Of a stretch of DNA of 64,000 nt, positions 56,002 through 64,000 are shown in pieces (positions within the stretch are counted from its first letter, which is position 1; each line of letters starts with the position of its first letter). The position numbers were made by a program, and so were the translations under genes. The notes beneath the pieces are model-generated. The model saw only the letters and a program-made list of their open reading frames with translations. It did not search any database and was not told the origin of the DNA. The DNA is from the human T2T-CHM13v2.0 reference genome, Homo sapiens: assembly GCF_009914755.1 (NCBI RefSeq), contig NC_060931.1. The stretch is one strand, 5' to 3'.

Positions 56002-56268
56002 AGACTGTGCATGGTGGCTCACACCTGCACTTTGGGAGGCCATGGTGGGAGGATCACTTGAGGCCAGGAGTTTGAGACAGCCTTGGCAATGTAGCAAGAT
56101 CTGCCATCTCTACAAAAAATTAAAATATCAGCCAGATGTGGCACATGTTTGTGGTCCCAGCTACTTGGGAGGATTGCTTGAGCCCAGGAGTTCAAAGTTG
56201 CAGTGAGCAGTGATTGCACCATTGCACTTAAGCCTGGGTGATGGATGAGACCCTATCTCTAAAAAATA
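56002..56268 (+). mobile_element. AluJ with internal deletions
   Basis: ggaggatcacttgaggccaggagttt...gagcccaggagttcaaagttgcagtgagc. Confidence 0.92.
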
Positions 56269-56869
56269 AAAAGATAACTTGGGCTGCTGAGTGGAGAATG
56301 GATTGGGAGGGGGCAAGGGATTAAGTGGAGAGAGTATGTTTTGGGCTGGGCTGTAGTGGCAGCAGCAGAGATAGCTATGCCTTGGAAGACATATTTTTGC
56401 AGAGGTGGAACTGTTAGGATTTGTATGCCTTATGGGTGATAGGCAGAAAGAGGAATCAAGGACTCCTAGAATTTTGGCTTGAGCAAGCTAGGCATAGAGG
56501 CAGGAAGAGACAAGGTTGGGGTGCGGAGGAGGAGGAGAAATTTGAAGGGTCCTAGGGCATTTTCTGAGACGAGTGGCCTGGAGAATGTGACGGAATGGAC
56601 TGTTTGGCCCAGCCCACGGAGGAGGAGAGTGCTGGGTTTTAGAAATGGGGCATCTGAGAACCCTGACTTCTGTCATGGTGCCTGGAGTCTAAAGTGGGGA
56701 GCAGAGCATCCAGCGAAGGTGGGTAGTGTCCGAAAATCTGGAGAATGTTTGTTTCTTTGGTATGTTTTAGTTTTTTTCTTTTACATGAATATCTATAGAT
56801 CTTCCTTGATCACAAAAAATGAAGTTGGCAAATTTATGGAACTGTGAAAGTAATACCTTATGTTTTTGT

Positions 56870-57430
56870 GAAACTTTGAGAGATAATTTGTCTACTATAA
56901 AATTTATTTAAAATTGCACAATTGTGATTTTTCACATAATCGTAAGGTTGTTCAACCATCACCACTATCTTGACTGCAGAACATTTTTATCACCCCAGAA
57001 AGCAACCCTGCGCTCACTAGCAATTCCTCCTACTCCTCCATTCCCCCAGCCCCTGGCAACCGCTAATCTACTTGCTGTATTCTGGACATTTTTACAAATG
57101 GAGTCATATAATGTGTGTTTTTTTTGGTGTGATTCTCTTCTTTCACTTAAAATAACATTTTAAAGATGCATCCATGTTGTAGCATGTGTCAGATCTCCAT
57201 TCTTGATGGCTGAAAAAATATTTCCGTGCACGGATATACCACATTTTATTAATTTATCAGTTGATGAACATGTTGGTTGTTTTGACTTTTCGGCTATTAT
57301 GCATAACACTGCTATGAACATTTGTGTAGCAGTTTTTTTGTGGACACATTTTCTTTCTTTTGGTTATACACATAGGAGTGTAATTGCTGGGTTTTGTTAA
57401 CTTGATTTTTATCTTTTGAGGTTGTATCCA
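56870..57430 (-). mobile_element. L1MB-like 3' end
   Basis: caaccatcaccactatc...agaacatttttatcaccccagaaagcaaccc...cagttgatgaacatgttggttgttt. Confidence 0.88.
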
Positions 57431-57499
57431 ACTTTATATCATTTATTTATCACAGTAGCTATGAAAGGAACCTGAAGTACTGAAGGATTTGATGGGCTA

Positions 57500-57935
57500 G
57501 AGGAAAAAGTGCATATGTTACAAAAAATATTTAAAATGAGGTTCATTCATGCATTGGTTAAAATAGGGCAGACCTGGACACATAAACGTGTCAGGAGAAG
57601 TAAACAAAACGTGTAATACTTATATAGTGGAAGACTGTATTGCAGGTGTATGTGTGTAGAGAAGTGTGTAGAGAAGTTATATCTATATGTAATCTCAACA
57701 GAGGTAGATAAAAAACAATGAGAGGTAGGTTAAATGAGAAGTAGATTAAAAAACAACGGTGAAAAATGATTAAAAAACAATGATGAGTGAATAAGTGAGT
57801 TGATACCATTTATGTAAGTTAAGAAAACCACAAAGTAATACTATGTATTGCTCATAGATGGAAATGCCCATATACACACACAGAAGTACAAAAAGGATTG
57901 GAAGTATACCCACAAGTCCATGATAGTAGTTGCTT
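57500..57935 (+). mobile_element. L1ME 3' fragment
   Basis: gttcattcatgcattg...tgataccatttatgtaag...gatagtagttgc. Confidence 0.55.
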
Positions 57936-58992
57936 TGCATCCCTACTTCTGAGCTGCAAACCCATGCCAGTTTTCCTTACCATATATTTATATATAAATT
58001 ATATATAAATGTATATATATATATTCATATACAAATCATTTCTGTTACATGACTGTACATTTCTTCGGAGTAGGGACTATGTTTTCTTCACCAATTTCCA
58101 TTGCCTAGCACTTAAGTGTGAACACATATTTTTGAATGACTAACTGAATGAATTAAATGATTTTGGGAACAAGATAGGGCAGGACTAATGAATAAGCCAC
58201 TCTCCCCCATCCTGCTCATTGTCTCTGCTCCCTACCTTCATATTCTGTTAGTGTTGTCATAATATGAGGCTTGCAATTACCAGAGCAGTTCCATATGACA
58301 CGACATGCTAATAAAGCAGATGGTGTGTGCAAATAAGCAGGATAAAAGAAGTCTTTGCTGCAAAAGTCATTGCTGTCTCCTTTAAAGTATGAAGTATTTT
58401 ATGATTTCTCAGTAGATTTTATCTTCATTGTCAAGGTAATGATTATGGATCGTATAAATCTTTATGGCTTTGTTGTATCAAGTGTCAAATTACACAGCTT
58501 AGGTAGTTGTAGAAAGAAAGATGTCTGTGATCAGATTAGGAAGTCATATTACTAAAAGTTTTTGCCGTTCAGGGAGGAGTTGGTCTCACTTTTTTGTGTT
58601 CAGATAGTGGAGAACTGTGCTCCCGTTCTAGGGCCCTCCCTCCTTTCTCTTTATTAACTTCTCCCCACGGGAGAAAGAATGGCAAATTGGAAAGCTCGGG
58701 GCTTGACATTAATATGAGTGAAGTCACTGTATTTCCACATGGCTTTCGTTCTTTTTTTTTTTTTTTTGCGGGGGAAACAAGGGGTGGAGGCCTGCAGAAA
58801 GGTGCCAGCTATCCTCTACTTTTTGCCTGCTGTCTTCAGGCAATAAGGAGATTAGGGAGGTGTTCCCCTGGCAGGCCTAATCTGGTCTATACTTCTTCTA
58901 GTCCAGCCTTTGCCTGGACAGGTAAATCAGTTCAGGTTTGCTCTGTGAACCTGGCCACCTTCAGGTCTGGAAGAAGAACATAGGAAGCCCTG

Positions 58993-59002
58993 CTGACGTC
59001 AG
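58993..59002. promoter_or_regulatory. Full palindromic CRE (TGACGTCA)
   Basis: ctgacgtcag, a 10-bp palindrome with an intact CpG. Confidence 0.35.
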
Positions 59003-59177
59003 GCTTAAGCTGTATTCTCCAGCACATTTACCAGAAGCCTCTGGGGTTGTGTGTGACCATGCCTCGAATAAAGCCCATGTTCTGATCCCCATCTGTCTGT
59101 CAGATGTTATTTGTGGATGTTATTTGTGGTTATGCCCAGTTGGTTAGAACCTAGAAAGTGATAAAAGTGAGCCATGC

Positions 59178-59484
<307 letters not shown>

Positions 59485-59574
59485 TAGCGAGCCCTACAGC
59501 TGCAGGCTGAGGTTCTAGTTTTGGCAATAAGCTAAAGTGTAAATAATTTTACATTTAAAACTATGGAACAAATA

Positions 59575-60065
59575 GAGGTGGGACATGGGCTGCCCCTGCC
59601 CACCTCTCCAGCCAGTTCCCCGACTCTTCGTCTTCTTTCTGCTGCATGTGGTCTGACCATCTTAGTTCTCAAGTTTGCCAAACTTTTTTTCAGCCATGTG
59701 TCCTTTGCCTATGCTGTTTTCTCTGCTAACTTTCTCTTTTTTTTCTCTCTCTTACTTGCTGCTTTTATGGTCAAGTTCTAACTCTTCAAGCGTACACTTA
59801 AATAGTACCTTCTCTGACCCCGTAGGCTAGGTTGATTGCTTCAGTGTACTAAGGCAAAAATACCCTGAGTATCTGTGCTCATTAACCTCTGTGTTTCCCT
59901 TTTGTAAGATTTATCACAATTGTAATCAAATATTTATGCTATGATATATTTGTTGCCTTTCTAGATTTTCTAACAGTCTTCTTTGCATTGTTACATAAAG
60001 TGTTTAGTGCAGAGCTGGGCACTCATATTTGGTGCCTGAGGGAGATTTGTTGAGTGAATAAAATA
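59575..60065 (+). mobile_element. L2 3' fragment
   Basis: cctttgcctatgctgttttctctgct...gatttgttgagtgaataaa. Confidence 0.7.
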
Positions 60066-60313
60066 GCAGTGTCCAGCAGCGACATAGACTGCTGAGATAT
60101 GGCATGTCAGAGTCTGAAAGGCTTCTGTCCAGTTGGCAAGTGGAATTCATTGGATGTTTTACAAAGAATAGTTTTAGTAAGGTGGTGGGGACGGAAGTGA
60201 GTTTGCAAAGTATCTTATAAAAAGCTAGACTTAATTACTCATTTACGCAACATTGGAACCCTTACAAGTGATTTCTCTACTGAGAGCAACTTTTCTTGAG
60301 TTTTACTAACTCA

Positions 60314-60646
<333 letters not shown>

Positions 60647-61100
60647 TCAATGGGTAGTGAACAGAATGGAATATTCACTTCACTGCAAAGAGTCACTGGC
60701 AGGTGGTGCAGAGCACTGTGCTCCAGAAAGAGCAAAGAGCCTAGAGGTTTCTGATCTCTGCTTATCACTCAGCCAAAAGTACAGTCATTTGCTTAAAAAA
60801 AGACAGGTGGCATAAAAAAAAAAGTATTCTTTAATCTCTCTGCTCTACAGGACTTGAAACATAGCCTTAAATGACTAAGTCTTCACGTGAGCATGACATA
60901 ACCTGGAAATCTTCCTATAATGGAACTGGCCTTGTGAAGGTATTTATTGTTAAGACTTTCCAGGGTATATTTTGGGAGGTGCCATGGGCAGATACATCGG
61001 CGATACTGTTACATAGTCCAGGATGTTCTACTTTTGAAAATTAACAATAATTACACTCAAGACCTTAGGCAAGTTGACTATTCTCAGCACTTTATATATA

Positions 61101-61210
61101 CAGTCGTCCCTCATTGTACACCGGGATCTCCCCTACCGCTCGCCTATGGTCAAATCTGCACGTACTCAGTCTTACAGTCAGCCCTGAAGAACTCGTATAT
61201 GTAAAAAGAG
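61101..61210 (+). mobile_element. MER8-like (Tigger2 family) 5' half, truncated
   Basis: TA + cagtcgtccctc TIR...caaatctgcacgtactcagtcttacagtcagccctgaagaactcgtatatgtaaaa; no right TIR found. Confidence 0.7.
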
Positions 61211-61469
61211 GGTATCTCTAGGCAGTGAGGTAGCTTTCTGTTAGCTCTTGTAGGGACCATGTTCTTGTGGACTTGACAAAGAATGTTATATCAAAAGTCG
61301 TAACTCCTTTTTCCTGATTTAAAGATGACATTTACATGGTTTTTGTGTCCCATGAATACGGTATTTTTGATCTCCATTTGATTGAAATGCATTTGAGCTG
61401 CTCAGTTGAAACCTGTGTTGTTCAAGGGTCAGACTGTATTAACCTATTTAATCTTTGCAGCAAATCCTG

Positions 61470-61600
61470 TAAGGAATCAGTCCTTTTACAGAGGAGGAAC
61501 CTGAAGCTCACAGAGCTTAAGGACTTTGCCCGAAGTGGCAGAATTGGCATTTGAACCTAGGCATCCTGGCTTCAGAATCCATGTTCTTCCCTTTTAGGTT
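61470..61600 (-). mobile_element. MIR fragment
   Basis: ccttttacagaggaggaacctgaagctcacagagcttaaggactttgccc...atttgaacctaggcatcctggcttcag. Confidence 0.78.
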
Positions 61601-62900
61601 ATACTGCGTCTCTGTGGCCACTTGATGATAAAGTCAGTAATTAGGATCCACTGTTGTTCCCTCTTGTGCCTCTGCCCTTTTGCTCATGTTCTCCTCCCTG
61701 ACACTAGAGCACCTGCTCCCCCTTCACCTGCAGTGAGTGTCTCGGGGAAACATCAGCACAGAGGCTCTGCTTTCTCCCACCCGGCAGGTCCGCAGGGGGT
61801 TGCTGTTTCGAAAGTATTGAGTGCTCTGGACACCATGATCTGTTCTGTAGGATTCTTCTGTAGCAGGAGCTTTGTCATGGACTCAGTTGCCTTTTGAATG
61901 CTGGTCAGGTATCCTAGTCATCTTTCACAATGTCGATCATATGGGAAAATATGTTTCTAGTTCTGACAACTGAATTACATGTACACCTTTGGAACATAAT
62001 CTGTTTTTAGGTTGAGAACTACCTGTGTATTCATCAAGTACTGAAGTTCCCAGTGTTCAAGAAATGCCCTATGCTATTAACAGAGAATTAACAGGTTTCT
62101 CTAAAGAACAAAACTAAGCTTAGTATGGCCTGGTATTAATCCCTGTCTAGAAGTTTCACAATCAAAAGGGCAAAATGTGGAAAAGCAAAGATAAATAAGT
62201 AAAATTGGAAAATACGCAAAGCCGTTAGAGATGTACCAGTGGCTCAGAAGTAGGTAATAATGAGAAATGCACCCAACCTCTGTGACTGTGAAACATGCCA
62301 CCCAAGCTTTGGGTTTTTGAAATCTGTCTCTGGCACTTGAATCTCCTTGTCAGTGGCAAACTGGAGAGCTTTCCATACTTCTGTGCAAAGGAAAGCATAC
62401 CCCAGAGCAAAAACAAAATAAAATGCTACTTAATATTCAATGTGGTGTCCTTTGAATTTAAAAGTTGTAGTGATACTATTATAGCAGAATTAACATTATT
62501 GTCATATTAGCATTGGAACTTTCCCATTTATTTTTGGCTTGGTGAATTTGAAAGTGTTGTTTAACAGAAAAGATTTTAAAAGGTTAGATGCAATAGCATT
62601 TATTTTGCACAGTTTGATGGATTGCCAGCAGCAGGGAAAACTACAACTCAGATCGTTTCAACAACTTTCTGTTCTTGGATTTTTCCTTTCTCACCAATTT
62701 TTCTTTCAGAGCAATAATCATTTTACTGTATATGAAAGAGATACCTAAATATCAGGTATCTAGTTAGGTGCTAATGAACTCCTCCTGCCCATTTTTTAAT
62801 TGTTTGCTTTATCATAGCTCTAAGTAGTCGTGCTAATCTTTTAGGGGGAGGGTTAAGGAAAGATTTTACTTAATTTTGGGATTTACTTTGTCTTTTACAG

Positions 62901-62921
62901 AGCTTGATATGTGGCTTAACA
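62901..62921 (+). other. Candidate 21-nt microexon (AGCTTGATATGTGGCTTAACA)
   Basis: Acceptor tttactttgtcttttacag, donor ACA|GTAAGT; length divisible by 3; open as (x)LDMWLN(x) or SLICGLT. Confidence 0.5.
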
Positions 62922-63034
62922 GTAAGTAGGATTATAGCAAGTTGTTATTTTAGAGAAAGTAAACGTTATCTCATTATATTCTTTTTTAACATAATGAGAA
63001 TCTTTATGGAAGAATTTGCGACAGCTCAAGAACA

Positions 63035-63249
63035 TTTTTTAAAATTTAATTTTAAGTTCCAGGATACATGGGCAGGGTGTGCAGAGTCGTTACATAGATA
63101 AACATGTACCATGGTGGTTTGCTGCACCGATTAACCCATCACCAAGTATTAAACCCCACATGCATTAGCTATTTATCCTGATGCTCTCTGTCCTTCCACA
63201 CCTCCCTGATAGGCCCCAGTGTGTGTTGTTCCCCTCCCTGTGTCCATGT
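63035..63249 (-). mobile_element. 5'-truncated L1PA (about PA8-PA13) 3' end
   Basis: ttttaagttccaggatacatg...ggccccagtgtgtgttgttcccctccctgtgtccatgt; aagaaca flanks at 63028 and 63250. Confidence 0.92.
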
Positions 63250-63380
63250 AAGAACAGTTCTTTTTAAAGGTTAGTACTTGGATTGTTTTATTGTTGTACT
63301 GTTTAAGCAGCTTTGTTGAGAAAGAGTAAATTAAAGCTTTTATCAATTTTTTTTTTTTTAACAGCAAATCTGTACTCTCC

Positions 63381-63663
63381 TTTTTTTTTTTTTTGGTGGC
63401 CCAGGCTGGAGTGCAGTGGCGTGATCTTGTCTCACTGCAACATTTGCCTCCTGGGTTCAAGTGATTCTCCTGCCTGAGCCTCCTGAGTAGCTGGGACTGC
63501 AAGTGTGTGCCACCACGCCCAGCTAATTTTTGTAATTTTAATAGAGACAGGGTTTCACCATGTTGGCCAAGCTGGTCTTGAATTCCTGATCTCCAGTGAC
63601 CCGCCTGCCCTCCTCGGCCTCCCAAAGTGCTGGGATTACAGGTGCAAGCCACCGAGCCTGGCC
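63381..63663 (-). mobile_element. AluS with a deletion near the tail
   Basis: Antisense Alu; TSD tg(t/c)actctc. Confidence 0.94.
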
Positions 63664-64000
63664 TGCACTCTCACTTCTAGTTATCAATGTTAAATTTATC
63701 ATTTGTCACTAAATAATTATGATATTCATAATTACCAAAGCCTTTTAAAACTGCATTTTTATAATTTTTGCTACTTGCTGATAGAAGACCTTTTGACTTA
63801 AATATCTAAGTTTTAGATTGACATTAGTTTTGATATATAAGGTTTAGTTTTCAGTATTGAGCTGCTATCTGTAAACTAATTATATTTTGAAGTGAAATTA
63901 GTGGAGAATGGACATTTTCTACATTGCGTGAGCGTCTACAGCTAGAGAGTATCTCTAGGCAGTGAGGTAGCTTTCTGTTGGCTCTTAGATGGGATCACAT

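Noticed and set aside
61220-61233. Overlapping miR-34-like (AGGCAGTG) and let-7-like (TGAGGTAG) 8-mers in the duplicated motif
   Set aside because: The rest does not match the mature miRNAs, and I see no pre-miRNA-length hairpin.

Overview
Primate (very probably human) genomic DNA. It is AT-rich and repeat-dense: about 22 Alu-family copies, many old L1M/L1PA, L2, MIR and HAL1 fragments, MaLR LTRs and MER/Tigger DNA transposons. No complete protein-coding gene, RNA gene or CRISPR array is supported. The ORFs with recognisable homology are Alu- or L1-derived and the rest look like chance ORFs. An apparent T/G excess on the + strand (judged by eye) and several + strand splice signals suggest that the window lies inside a long intron of a + strand gene, which I cannot name. 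The most notable observations are: (1) a 21-nt frame-preserving microexon candidate at 62901-62921; (2) a recursive-splice-site-like AG|GTAAG junction at 20992/20993, next to a CpG-rich patch with inverted AhR-type motifs; (3) a TATA/Inr/ATG/GTAAGT antisense first-exon candidate at about 51670-51794; (4) a structured, poly(A)-tailed retrocopy of about 60 nt with a 14-bp target-site duplication at 725-854; (5) a 43-bp dispersed duplication sitting at the break point of a MER8 element; and (6) fold-back/template-switch palindromes inside two Tigger elements. I see no convincing evidence of a new multi-gene biological system. Repeat subfamily calls come from recalled consensus sequences, and boundaries without TSDs are approximate.
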